Assembly (NCBI GenBank): GCA_010909165.1
Contig: MU008157.1
Location: forward strand, 124,001-188,000
Direction: 5' to 3'
Source of the DNA: Anthoceros angustus
Taxonomy: Eukaryota > Plantae > Anthocerotophyta
Length of the DNA stretch: 64,000 nt
Below are positions 43,401 to 55,981 of the stretch, piece by piece. Positions within the stretch are counted from its first letter, which is position 1, and each line of letters starts with the position of its first letter. The notes under the pieces are model-generated. The model was not told the DNA's origin, ran no database searches, and saw only the letters and a program-made list of their open reading frames with translations. The translations under genes and the position numbers were made by a program.

Positions 43401-46400
43401 AGATTCAGGCTCTATTTTGTAACCGTATGGAGCATTACCTTAGATGCACACCGTCCCTCGGCAGCCTTTCTGTGTGTTTCCTCCACAGCAAGTTGGTCTT
43501 TCAAAGTTGCAACCTGTGTGGATGTTGAACTGAACAAGCTCTAACTTTTGCTCCCAGCACAGTTTCGACAACAGCAGCTTGGATTTGCAAGCCTTTCCTA
43601 TGCTCAGAACATTGCAAACATGATCACCTGTGATTCAGCCTGCTGGCGTAAAGAGTGTTCTGTGTTCAGTTTCTGTTCGGTGCTCTGTAGCGTTCTCTTC
43701 ATAAACCTAGCTTCTGCTTGCAACCTGCTATTCTCCTCACTGATGTGTGCAATTTTCTCTGAATGAAGCTCCATCTGTACGAACATGTAACGATGGAAAC
43801 AGTGACGAGGAGATGGCGAAGAACATGAACAAACCGACTACCAACAAACAAGCAATGCGAAAGTGGACATGCAAAAAGGCACCTCAGAAAGAAGATGATC
43901 CCGCTCCTTTCCTAATGCTTCTAGTACTTTGTGCAAATGTGCCACTTCTCCAGAATGTGTCTCTGCTTGTTCGACAAACCTCCGTAACTCTAGTTCTAGT
44001 GCAGCCCGACGATTTTCTGCCAGCTGTTGGTCTGCGATGGAGGATTTGAGCTTTGCAACCTTCAATAGCAAACAGAAGCTTAGCCAGCAGTTTCACTGAT
44101 TGGACCAAAGTCCTTGGTCACGGACAAGAACCAATTAGGCAATAATACCAAGCTGAAGTTGTGCTCAATCAGATGCTATCATGATTAGGCGATGGATAGA
44201 AAGGATAAGGGAGCCTGGATGACCAACAAGGCAATAATACCAAGCTAAAGTTGTGTTCAATCAGATACATCATAATTTGCTTAGTGGAAAGACAGCATAA
44301 GACGGCCTGGATACTACTTGTTCTTTCTATAATGCAACAAACTGCCGAAGAGCGAGACGTTTGGAAGTTATATTGGTAACAACCAGTTCTTCCCTTGTTG
44401 AATCTAGTTGAGTGATCAGAGTCTTAAGCTGATCAACGTCCTTTTCTGCTTGCTCTGCTTGTTTTCTGAAGAAAGCACCACCTCTAATATAAGACTTCTG
44501 CAAGGTGGTTGCATTTAGAAAGCCACTGGTGATAGTGGAAAGCACCACTCACCGTGCCTCTGCAAGGTGGAACCGGTCTTCTTCTCGCTGTATCTTTGAC
44601 CGGTCAAGCTCAGATTGAACTTTAGCCACATCTGCTTGAGCTGCTTCCAATTCAGAACTGCCCACCAGATTTTGTCCTCCATTAAGGCCATCGCAAAAGT
44701 GCATGGAAAGGACTTCTGTAGGTTACATTCAACTCACATCAGGTTACTCCTGTTTCTGGTTAGTTCATCAATTGCCGCTGTCCGTGATTGTGCCTCCTGT
44801 AGAGAAAGTTTCCATAAACTCTGCGTTAACGTGAAAGTATTTCTGCTTATTTTGAGGACCAATAGCCTTTCACATCCGTCCTCGTGTGGAGCTGAGGTGA
44901 CTGACATCCACGTGATAATAGAGCCAATCTGCATTGTGAAAGAGGGGAATCTTTGGAGTTAACACAAACCCTCTTCTCAGCAGCAACTGCATAATCGCGT
45001 TCCATGGTCCTGGCAGTAAGTGCAGAGGTCAACTGAGTCATGCTGCCATCAAGCTCCTGCACGACATCAACACTTAAAGGATCACGGGCATATTCCTCAA
45101 TTTAATATCGATCGGTGTTTGAAGGCATGCAGGCCACGAACTTTTATAAAAGACTCCAGTTGGCTGCATTCCTTCTGGCTTGCCGCCAAGGCCTCTTCAG
45201 CGGCCACCTGCACCGTTGTTGGTCATTGTGTTACTTGAGGCTAGTACGTGAAGCCAGTCAAAACTGGCACTCGTGACACACACCTTTGACAAAATGCCTT
45301 GATAAAAAGCAGGAAGGCTCCACACCTTTTCATCACTAACAAAACTGAATTGCTCATTCTTTCGCGAAACCTCGGATTGTAACTTAGATATGGTGCTTTC
45401 GTGCTCAAGCATCACAGACCGTATGCTTTCGAACTTTGTTTGCAAAGTCTCCACCTACAATCCACACCTGCTTTTTTAGACGGGTTCACATGCTCTTCTA
45501 GATGTTTTTGACCGGTCTTGCTAATTGCAACGATATCCGTCAGCAACCTCCAATAATACCTTGGAACCACTCTGATACAAAATAATCTTTCCTCTGATCA
45601 ACTTTAGCTCGGCGAGAATCTGGCAATCACAGCATGAAGTTTGCAGATCTCTTGTTACAGGTCTACAGGTCACTAAGTTGAAACTGAAAAGAAACGGACG
45701 AAACAGGAAATGTCCTGGACCCTCACAGCAGCAGTAAGAAGGCAGCCTACCACAAGTATGGATCGTACCTTTGAAATATCAAGTTCACGCGTGCACTCTT
45801 CGGCATTAAATGTACCATCTTTGCCTTTCTCCACACTGGCGCATTTTGTCTGAACAACAAACAAGAACAAGATATGTATGACTGTTTCAAGTAACGCTAA
45901 GAATATCGAAACAGGAATGTTCGACAGTTAATTTACAAAACTTAAACCTTAAAACTCCAGGCGAACACAGGCAGATTAGTGCTCATTGTAGACTGTAAGC
46001 ACATACCTTCTCTGTGGATAAAGCCAATCCTTTGGTTATTTCACAGCTTTGGTATTGGGGGTCATCCTGTGAGGTCACCAGACCAATCCTTGGCTCAAGA
46101 GCAATTGTTAGAAATTACTGGACAAGACCAGATTATACCTTTCTGGCTTCTAGCTCTGAAATAACTGCCTCCAATCTCCGGAGCTTGTGCTCTATCATCT
46201 GAGTTCCTTCCTGCAGTGCTCTCTCATTGCCGCCCTGCCCTTTCTGTAGCAGCTTGTAAGTAGCGTCAACTTCTTGCCTGCACCTCATGCTCTATCAGTT
46301 CTTTGTTAGTAAAATGGTAGAGAACAAATGACAAGGAAACAAAAGCTAGCCATCTGCTCGAGCTTAGGAGGAACCCAAAAGTACAGCTAGGTCTTTCGAT

Positions 46401-48030
46401 CAAGGATAAGCGATGGACAGGAGAACATAACTGTTGTCAACTCCTACCTTAGTATCTCCACAGTTGACTGTCGTCCTAGAGAATGGTCATTCAGCTCATT
46501 ATCCATCAGCAACTCATCAAAGGCCTATCACCACGAGGAGTGGTAGTGTTCAAACATATCTCACGGAGAAATACCGCAAGGCCCATCTTTCAGCAAGTCC
46601 AAATGATGTCTCACCTTTTTAAGAGAGACGAGCTCCATCCTCAGAGACTCAACCTCAGAGACTGACACAACACCATCCCTTGCTGCGTCTCCAGCCCCTA
46701 CAGTAGATGACATAAATTCAGTTCCTCTCCAAAGCAAAAGCAAGAGACAAACAAGATCCGCTATTTTCAGACACTCACGCCTTGCTTGAGATGAACCATA
46801 GAGCTGCTGAATGTGCCTATCCTTAGCAGCAACATCGGCCTGCAAGGGAACAAGGGGTCACCTCAGCCAGAGAAGTTCTGTGATGACAATTTCTGCCTGC
46901 AAATGACCGCCTAATCAGAGAGCTGTCAAAACAAACACTGGTTAGTGCTGAAATTGCAAAAGCTGTGTGTCAATTTTTCGCTCGGTCGTCCTATCGTTCA
47001 TCTAACTTGCATCATCGGAAGCGTACCTGTGACATCTCAAGCTTATTTGTCAGGATGCAGACTTTGTCTTTCAGTTCCTTCTCCATTTGCCCTCTGCGTT
47101 ATCATGCATATACTTAGGGAAAGACAAACTCAATGATATTGGATCCAGAGTGTCTTGTCAATGTCTGTGAAATCTAGGCAAAAACTGCTCGATCTTACCG
47201 GGAACAGACCAACTCCGGCTGATTTCCGCTTAGAGAAGGCACCGACGGAGCTGCAAAGGGAGCCAAAAACCAGAATCTCAATACTGCTGAGAGTGAGAGG
47301 AGAGGTTTTAAACGTTATGCCGATCAGACAACAGGACAGGAACAGGGCGTCTGACTCACCAAGTTTTTGGGACACCACAATCTGAGCGACGCTGTCAGAT
47401 TTGCTGGCCTTGCACTCTGCGTACACCAACCGGGGGATTTTTTATGAATCATTCCTGAGAGTCGCAAATAGTTCCTGCTCAAACTGAGCACCCAGCAGCA
47501 GCAGCAGCAGCAGCAGCGTTACGCTCACCTGTGGAGGGGCCAGGGGCGAGCTTGCTCAAAGTTGCTCGCAGTGCTTCGTTCGCGCTCTCCAGCTCCCTAA
47601 TTCTCTGCATGCTGAGGGTCCGCCATTGCTGTAAGGTCCCATCCGGATCCGCTACCTCCTCCTCATTGCTAGAAAGCGGAGTATTCTGCTTTATAGCTGT
47701 GCAAGACGATTCCTCTTTCAATTTGGGTGATCCGCATTTTTGTTGCATTTCCGCGTTGTCCTTGGCAAGCCGTTCGTTGAGCACTCGCAAGCTCTCAGCC
47801 CTCAACCTCTCCTTGTGAAGATTGTCGGACATACTGGTGAGCTGTGTCCTCAAATTATGGCACGTCTCGTTCATACACGTCAGGTCGTGAGTGAGCTTCT
47901 CCATGATTGCCATTGCAGCCGTGTCCAGCTTCTCCACCACGGCTGCCAGAGGAAAGGGTGCATGGGCGTACAAAGAGTCGTACCCCCAAGATTGCAGCTT
48001 CGCTATCAACGGGGCGTGCAATGCAGGCAT
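40443..48030 (-). CDS. CEP135: Centriole/basal-body coiled-coil protein CEP135/BLD10; many short exons
   Basis: N-terminal LIAKLQSWGY...AMAIMEKLTHDL..MNET..NLR resembles the CEP135 N-terminal motif (L..LGY...LVEKLFSDL..TTES); the rest is coiled-coil exons (e.g. LITQLDSTREELV). Confidence 0.7.
44129..44312. repeat. ~92-bp diverged tandem duplication in a CEP135 intron
   Basis: ggcaataataccaagct.aagttgtg.tcaatcagat...ataag....cctggat x2. Confidence 0.75.
47493..47516. repeat. (CAG)8 microsatellite at the start of a CEP135 intron
   Basis: Direct read. Confidence 0.9.
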
Positions 48031-49115
48031 ACTTGCCTGAACCAAGCTCGTCCTTGAGAAGAACAAGACTGAAAACGAGCAAGATACAAGAAGCAAAATT
48101 TGAGCGAGTCCGTGAAGGCGATTTGTGAGGAATTGGCACTGACGACAGTCCTGGAAACTTCAACGTAACCGCTTCTGAGAGGCAGAATTCGGAACTTCGG
48201 GATCCCGTCACAGCCAAAGCTTAGCAGGATGATCAGAGCTCCAAGAACCCAAAAACTGTGGTCAGGCCGCGAACTCAGTCTGTCTTTCAACAAAAGGATC
48301 CTAATGCATCATGTGGGAATTTCGAATCGGCCCAGCGGGCTCCATTTCTGTTAGCAGGATCCGGAATTGCAGTGCCAGCCAGACAGAAGACTGCAATACA
48401 CTGCCCGGAAACATTCCGAGGGGGAGCTCCAGCGACGGTCTTTCAAGAAGACACGGCACTCGCTCTAGAAGCGCATCAAGACATGTTGGTCGGGCTGTGA
48501 GTACAAGTGTTGCACTGTCTTGGTGGGCGACTCCTTCAAGATCAATCGGATGATCGAAGCAAAGCGATTGCCCGAAATCCAGAGCATTCCCAGGAACGTC
48601 CCCGGCATTCTTTGGAACGGGAGAGGCAGAGAGGAGAAGCGTGGGGGACACCGGCCAGAAACCGGCTGCAGGCGGTCGGGCAACCAGGTCATGCAGAGCA
48701 AGGACGCGAGGATCTTTACATGTGCGGAAGGCCGGACTCCCATACCATGTTGTTCCAACAGACTCTTGTCCCGTGCAAGCGCCGTCTCTGTGGATGCATA
48801 CCTACATATCTACATTAGGTCTTGCACATCCTTCCATGCTGGCTTCCTGGAGCTGAAGCTGAAGCTTACTTACCCTGGTGGCTGCAGTAGGCGTCTCACA
48901 TCTGTTGTGAAATGGGAAGGGCCGCCCAACCCGGTTGAGGAACAAGATATTTGTAGTGGCCTCCAGCTGGTGGAGCAGGTGAGGTGAGAGGCCAGGAGCG
49001 GCAAATGCACAATGTGGAGGGCCTTGTTGACAGATAGCAGCATGGAACTGTTCCTGACTTGCCTGGATTCCAGGCTTTTTGTCCATTTGCCGGGCCGCAG
49101 GAGTGAGCAAGAGGG

Positions 49116-50429
49116 ATGGATGTAGATCCTCAGCAGTACGAGCATGTGGTAAGATGCTGGTTGCTGCTGGATGGGAGGCATCGCATTACATCGCAGTCAT
49201 TGAGTGTCTGCAATCGGCACCATCAATGAGCCCCTCGGGACTTGTCTTGCTTCACTGTGTGTGCCACAAAGCAGAGCATCAGCGACAAGGATGTGCACAA
49301 GATTGTGTTATCCTATCTGGTGCACAATTGCTTCAAGGACACAGCGGAGGCCTTTGTAGCTGGCACAGAAATTGAATGCAGTCTGAACAGCCTTGCGGAA
49401 ATGGAGACACGGAAGCGTACGTGCCATCACTACTTGAGGATCATGCCATTTTCCTTCTCGTGTCACTCGTCGGTTGGACCGCTTATGCCCTACCATGGAT
49501 CGAATGTGCTTGTTCCTGGCTTATAAACAAGAAGGAAGTGTGGAAGAAGGTAGCTTTGCATTACGTGCTGCTGCGGTCGTGCTGCTGCCGTCATGCTGCA
49601 GGTATATACAACTCTGTTCTGGAGGGCCAAGTGTTGAAAGCCATCAATCTCATCAACGGTTTTGCTGAAGACCTGTTAGCCACCAGCAAGGACATCCATT
49701 TCAAGCTACTCAGGCTCCACTTCCTGGAATTGGTGCGGTCCAACGACTGGTACATCCCTCCACCACCGGCTGGGTACCGCCGTGACTGAACGTGTCCACA
49801 CTTACTCGAGGCCTAACTCAGGGCTGTGGCTCAGCAACGGAGCACTCGACTTCGCACAGAAGGAGCTTCAGCAGTATGGAGGTCAGGAGAAGTACATCGA
49901 CATGTTTCAAGTAAGCAAAAATTGCGTGCAAATATCCTGGTTCGTAGCTCTATGCAGAAAAGATATATCCATTCATGGAATCAAAGAATCCTTGACAAGC
50001 TGGTACCTGGAGTTGCCTCAGGATTGCATGGCTCTGCTAGCGTACAGCGAACCACAAATTTCTCCATTGCAGCATCTGCTCAGCGTGGAACAGCGCCACA
50101 GCGTGGCTGATGTGCTCAACTGTGCCCTACTACGTGAGTAGCAGCAGTTTTCGTTTTAGAGTCTGCCAGCGAGATGTAGCTTGCTTTGTAAAACGCTACA
50201 CTAACGATCTCGTATCCTTTTCCTTCACAGGGCGTGCCAACCTTCCACCCTATGCCGCTCTGGAAACACTACTGAAGCAGCTCACCGTGGTCACGCAACT
50301 CCAGGGGATTCATCTTCCGTGTATGTTTCCATCTTCCATGTTTCTCTTCTCAGCACTTGACACATTCTCCTGGCCAGGGCTCTTGATGCCGTCCAGCTTA
50401 CCCGGACAGCGACCGTCACGCCCTACTGA
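49116..50429 (+). CDS. LisH-CTLH-CRA protein (GID8/TWA1-like subunit of the CTLH E3 ligase); multi-exon, 3' end approximate
   Basis: DVHKIVLSYLVHNCFKDTAEAF (LisH); IYNSVLEGQVLKAI...IHFKLLRLHFLELVR (CTLH); ALDFAQKEL...DCMALLAY...QRHSVADVLNCALL (CRA). Confidence 0.88.
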
Positions 50430-50981
50430 TCCATCCACTCTCCGTGCTGTCTCTCAGGAATTTTTTACCAGCAATGGCAGGATGCTGTTGGTAGGCCTCA
50501 TGACACAATAGGCCGTTCCTCCCATGAATCTTTCACGCCACTGCTATCAGCAGCGGAGCGAAGTTCGCTAGCACTCCCATCAGAGTCTGGGGCCTTTCAG
50601 ATACGTTACAGTCCATTATTGACAGAAGTCTTGCTGCAATTGGACCACCCGGTGGCCTGCATGATCATTGATCAGCAGGACTGGTCCTTTTCTTGATCTG
50701 ACTCGGGGGCCGATTGTGGTTTTACACCTGATTGATGCGGAGGAAGCAAGCCCTGCTCATGTAGATGTTGAAGGTGCGCGACGACAGACGAAGTTTTCCA
50801 ACGCCACTGTTCCCTTTTCTTTAAGTTCTTTTCATCGCATTCTTATCGTGTAAAACATAGGTGTATAGGCCAGTTCTTTTGCGCGAGCCTACCCTTGTAT
50901 CTTACCGGGACAGCGGGACGCTTGTCCGCCACTCTCGGGGGAAGAAGCTTGTCCTCCATCAGTCTCCTCGGGCGAACGAAA

Positions 50982-52319
50982 ATGGAGCTGAAGCTGATGC
51001 CGCTGCTGCTGCAGAAGCCGGAGATCCAGTTCGTGCTGCTGAGCTTCACGGACCTGCTGGGAGTGGCTCGATCCAAGCTGGTGCCGCGGGAGGCAGCCCT
51101 GGCGATGCTGGAATCTGGGGAAGGCGCCGGCTTCGCGGGCTACGCGGCGCACCTCGACCTCAGCCCAGCGGAACCCGACGTGATGGCCGTGCCAGACCCG
51201 CGCGCTAACGCGTTCCAGCTCCCATGGAACCGCGACCTGGCGTGGGTGCCGTGCGACCTCTTCCTGCGAGGGCAGCCCTTGTTACAGTCGCCTCGGCAGG
51301 TGCTGAAGGAGCAGGCGGCACGGGCAGCCCAGCGCGGGCTGGTGGTGAAGACGGGCGTGGAGGCGGAGTTCTACCTCCTCCACCCCTCCGAGCTCCGCCC
51401 GGGGGACGCGCGCGACCGGTCCGCCAAGCCCTGCTACGACCAGTCGGCCCTCACCCGCCCGGGCGCGGGCACGCTCCGGTTGGTGACCGCGCTCTGCGAC
51501 CACATGCGGGAGCTGGGGTGGGGGCCGTACCAGGCGGACCACGAGGACGGGAACGGGCAGCTGGAGATCAACTGGGGGTACGCGGACTGCGTCGTCACAG
51601 CCGACCGGCACGCCTTCTTCAAGTTCATGTGCAAGGCGGTGGCGGAATCTCTGGGCCTGCGGGCCAGCTTCATGCCCAAGCCGTTCCTGGAGCGGACGGG
51701 GAACGGGGCGCACTGCCACGTGTCGGTGTGGGACGAGCAGGGGCGCAACCTGTTCCTGGACGACGGGGACGAGCTGGGGCTGGCGCCCGTGGGGTACTGC
51801 TTCATGGGCGGGGTGATGGCGCATGCCAAAGGGTTGGCCGGGCTCACCAACCCGAGCGTGAACAGCTACAAGCGGATCAACACGACCGGCGGCGGGAGCT
51901 GGTCGGGGTCGTCCTGGGCGCCCTGTTCCGTTTCTTGGACGGGTAACAACCGGACGCACATGATCCGGGTCCCGGGCCCGGGAAGGTTCGAGCTACGTCT
52001 CCCCGACGGCGCCGCCAATCCCTACCTCCTGCAGGCGGGGATCGTGGCGTGCGGGCTGGAGGGCGTGGAGAAGGGGTTGGACCCTGGGCCCCGCTGCGAC
52101 TGGAACGGGCACGGCCCGGCCCCCGAGGGACATCCGTTCCTGGAGCAGCTGCCCACCAGCCTCCTGGACGCGCTGCGGGAGCTGGAGGATTCCATCGTGC
52201 TCTCCGAGACCCTGGGGGACCAATTTGTGGGCGCCTACGTCAGGCTGCAGCGGCAGCAATGGAACTCGTATGCCGCGCACTTGAGCTCCTGGGAGTTGGA
52301 CAATACCCTTGACTGCTGA
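50982..52319 (+). CDS. gmaS: Bacterial-type glutamate--methylamine ligase / gamma-glutamylmethylamide synthetase (GlnT/GmaS family), intronless
   Basis: SFTDLLGVARSKLVP, GAGFAGYA, QLPW, TGVEAEF, KPCYDQ.AL, LGWGPYQADHEDGNGQLEINW, TADRHAFFKFM, FMPKPF..TGNG.H.H.S, NSYKRIN, GNNRTHMIRVP, RFELRLPDGAANPYL, C-terminal WELDNTLDC. Confidence 0.88.
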   Translation: MELKLMPLLLQKPEIQFVLLSFTDLLGVARSKLVPREAALAMLESGEGAGFAGYAAHLDLSPAEPDVMAVPDPRANAFQLPWNRDLAWVPCDLFLRGQPLLQSPRQVLKEQAARAAQRGLVVKTGVEAEFYLLHPSELRPGDARDRSAKPCYDQSALTRPGAGTLRLVTALCDHMRELGWGPYQADHEDGNGQLEINWGYADCVVTADRHAFFKFMCKAVAESLGLRASFMPKPFLERTGNGAHCHVSVWDEQGRNLFLDDGDELGLAPVGYCFMGGVMAHAKGLAGLTNPSVNSYKRINTTGGGSWSGSSWAPCSVSWTGNNRTHMIRVPGPGRFELRLPDGAANPYLLQAGIVACGLEGVEKGLDPGPRCDWNGHGPAPEGHPFLEQLPTSLLDALRELEDSIVLSETLGDQFVGAYVRLQRQQWNSYAAHLSSWELDNTLDC

Positions 52320-52621
52320 CGGAGATCACCTCCTTGTATAAATTTTAATAAGCGATTCAATGTCTCTCGGAATCAATACTCATGAAATGTACGCCCTAAT
52401 TCCCAACAAAGCCTGGCCACTCCGCTTGGAAACGGAAACATCCCAGCGTCCTCTGCGCAAAAAATGATTTGTTCCACCTAAATGTCTCTGCAGAGTTGAC
52501 ACTATGAAACCTATGACCATCAACTCCCGGCACCTTGTCTTCCGCGGTTCGAACTAGGTGTCAAAATTTACTGCTCCCCACATTTCTTTCCCGAACAAAC
52601 CGACAAAAAATGACAAATAAC

Positions 52622-55260
52622 TCAGATGAGCAAAGACTCTCTCCTGTGTTCGCGGAGAATGACGGGAACACTGGTTGGAGGAACCTGCGACATTGCCACT
52701 GCATTATGAGTCCAACATCCTCAACGTTCAAAGGACACGAGAACTCAATAGGTACGAGCCACGGGGATTACCATGCCAAGCTCTGTAATGATCATTGCAA
52801 CATAATCTGATGGTGTGGCATCGTACCTGCAGGTTGTTAAGACACACCACAAATTAACCAACGAAATCAGTCCAAGGAACCACTTTCACCAGTCTTCACT
52901 AATGCCTCGGGTAGCAACAAGGGCCAACTTGAAAGATGACATTTACGTTAGATTCAGCAACTGGAGGTGCTCCAGATCTTCCCCGCCTTCCAGGGGTGTC
53001 AAGTCCTGTCTTCCTGCCACCTTGACTAGAACATCAGGGTCACCTGCCACCGTTACCTTAATCAGGCCTCGTCTTCCACATGGCAAGGAAGATACGGGAA
53101 GGACTGATGCAGCAAACTGAGGAATGAGGCTTTGCTTGGCCAGGCAGGTAACTCACCTAATTCATTAGCGCAGATAGAATCCAGTTGCACTCTTTCATGG
53201 AACTTGTAAGTTTCGCAGCAGATCATTACTGGAATGTGGAACGAATGAGCCACCATAGCAACACATGCTGTGCCCACTCTCGAGTACACAGTCCCATTTG
53301 CAAGAACGGATGCCGCTCCTAGAAACACTCTAGTAACTTCCTGCATAATGTATGATATTGAGTTTATCTGGCAGTAGGTGCACTGCAGTCCTTTCTCCAG
53401 CAGTCTGCATATCAGGTTGCGTCCTTCAAGCTTAGGCCTGGAATCCACCACCACCACCCTAAACTTCCTGCCAATTTCATGAGCCCTTAAAAGAATCATC
53501 TCCACAACACACGAGAAGCCATGTGTCAATAACACATCTCCATCCCTAATCTTCGTCACTGCATGCCTGACTATCTCTGTATCAGCAAACACAATCTTTT
53601 CTTGCAGGAATCGGTCAATCTCAGCAATAAGGGAAGCCTTGGCCTCTGCCTCCTCTGCATTGGAAAGCCTCGCAATCCTCGTCTTTAAAAACTTGATGAC
53701 ATTGCCCATGCCTATGGACAGAGGCCTGCACTCTATGAGAAACGAGACTTGACTGTTGATCCTCGCAGCTAAATCTCTCACCCAAGCCTTCTCAGGAGGT
53801 GTGCTGTAATCTTGAATCATCTCCCTGAAGGCGCTCAGCAATGCCACACATCGGGCATTCCCTCCAACAAGATCTCCTGTCAAATATTGGAGCCCAATCT
53901 GCGTGAACAACAACATGGGAGGTAGGTCTCGCACAACATGGCAGGCACAAACTGACCCTTCTTCAAATCATCCAGCCAGGAAAACGCATACCTTGTACAC
54001 AGCAGGATGAGGGTGCATGACATCCTCGTGGAAATACTTGGCCTCGATCAGAGCCAACCTGTCCGCGTGAACAAACTGAGGCAGGTGTCTAAACAACTCC
54101 ACCCTGTTCTTCGTCTCCGTCTGCTCCGTAAAAGCCCTCTTCCTGGCCTTAGCCACCCGCTGTGGATCATCAAACTGCATCCTGGACGGCAACTTCTTAT
54201 CCGCGACCTTCTTGTCCCCACCATCCTTCTTCTGAGCAGCAACAGGCTTCCCAACCTTGGGCTCTTTGAGTTCCTTCTGAGACGGTGCCGCTGACACGCT
54301 GGCATTGTCCTGGCCACCACCACTCCCCTTCCCACCACCTGCCGCCACCCAACATCATCAATTCTTGCACATAGCGGCCAGCACCAACACATCCGTAACC
54401 GTAACCAAGCCACACCACATGAAACGCTGCCCAGGGTGCGCAAGTACCAACATCCGACCGAGAAGCCTTGACAGCCCGCTGCGCATTCTGAAGCGCGCGC
54501 CGCTCCGCCCTCGAAGTCCGCTCCTTCAACGTCTTGGCCGAGTCTGCAGCAGGCGAAGCGCAGCAGGCGGTCATGCTCATCGCTCACCATTTCCTATCCT
54601 CTAGACTCCCCATGCTAGAAAATTAAACACCACCAAATGCAAGGTTGCAGGTTCCTGGTCCGTACTCCCGGCAGGCGGCACGCCCTCTCTCCCCGCCTTG
54701 GGCGCCGCAGCCGGACCCGGGCCCGGGCCGGGGCCGGGACCAACCGGCCCGGAGGCTCCCACGGCCTCCGCAACCCTGAGCAGCGCCTTCTCGGTATACC
54801 CATCCGCGCCATCCCCCGCTCGGATGGAGAGCCGCTCGGAGAATCCTTCCAGCAGGCCCAGGCCCTGGCCCTTGCCCTTCTCCTTCCCCGCGCTGGCAGG
54901 CGACATCTCCCCCGCGCCCTCCAGCTGTAGGCTCTCGGCGCGGCTCAGGCTCAGGCTCAAGCTGACCCCGTTGCTGGACGGGGACGGGGAGCTGGCCAGG
55001 AGCGACTCCGAGGGGTTGTAGCTACCGGCCACCGGGCCCCCCGGCTCCCCGGGCAGCCGCTTCGGGGAGGGCACGGCCATGGGGATGGCCTTGCTCTGCG
55101 GGGGGCCGATCATGACCGGGGAGGGCGAATTGGCCGCGGCGATGGACACCGGGGGCGCGGCCGCCTCCGATGCAGCCCGCTGGGCCTCGGAGCCGGGCGT
55201 CACAAACCCCACCTGGCGCACGATGGGATCGATGACCATGCGGCCCCGGCGCGGGTCCAT
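52622..55260 (-). CDS. EIF2B4: Translation initiation factor eIF2B subunit delta; multi-exon
   Basis: KAERRA-like SRAERRALQ, VELFRHLPQ, HPAVYK|IGLQY..G...GGNARC, CRPLSIGMGN, VVVVDSRPKLEG, NGTVYSRVGTA, CETYKFHERVQLDSICANELG, LNL.YD.TP, PPTSVPVILRE. Confidence 0.95.
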
Positions 55261-55816
55261 CCTCCTGCTGCTGCTGGGCTAGAAGCGCGGGCGCAGACGC
55301 AGACGCAGATGCAGAAGATGCCTGACTGCCTGCATGCGGCGGGAGCGCTGCTGCCCGGTTCCGCTCCGCTTGCGTGCATCACACTCCCTGCCGTGCGCCG
55401 TGCGCCGTGCTGGACGCGGATGGGAAGCTTGGAAAAGCGATGCGTATGGTCTCGCCGTGCCGGGACGGGCCGAGCGCCTCTCGCACTCCGCTCACTTACG
55501 CATCGTCCGGTCCAAGTGTCCTCGCCACCTCCACTGTGCTTCCTTCATCTACTTACTACTTCACCTCCTGCCCGGATGTCCAGCTCCCTACGCTTTCTGC
55601 CACCCGAACACCAGCCCCTTATACAGGTGTACATCCTATTACCATATTCCAACTTCTCCAAAAATTGTTTTGCAGGTACAATAGTCACAAATCATTCGTT
55701 TTATTTTCTTCACTGGTTATAGGTTGGTGAAGATATCTTATATATTAAGAGGTAAAAAGTTAATTAGTAACTATCCTATTAAGAAGATGCATGTATTACA
55801 TGCTTCATGCAATCTT

Positions 55817-55981
55817 CTATTAGAGAGGAATTGCTACAGCCATTAATAAAGAACTCTCCTATTAGATAGGAATTGTTACAGCCACCAATGAAAAACTCTC
55901 CTATTAGAGGGGAATTGCTACAGCCACTAATGAAGAACTCTCCTATTAGAGAGGAATTGCTACAGCCACTAATGAAGAACT
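55817..55981. repeat. 42-bp tandem repeat x4, possibly LTR-associated
   Basis: ctattagagaggaattgctacagccactaatgaagaactctc; units at 55817, 55859, 55901 and 55943. Confidence 0.9.

Noticed and set aside
50982-52319. High GC of gmaS as evidence of recent transfer
   Set aside because: Native CNX6, PAL and eIF2B-delta exon 1 are similarly GC-rich, so composition is uninformative
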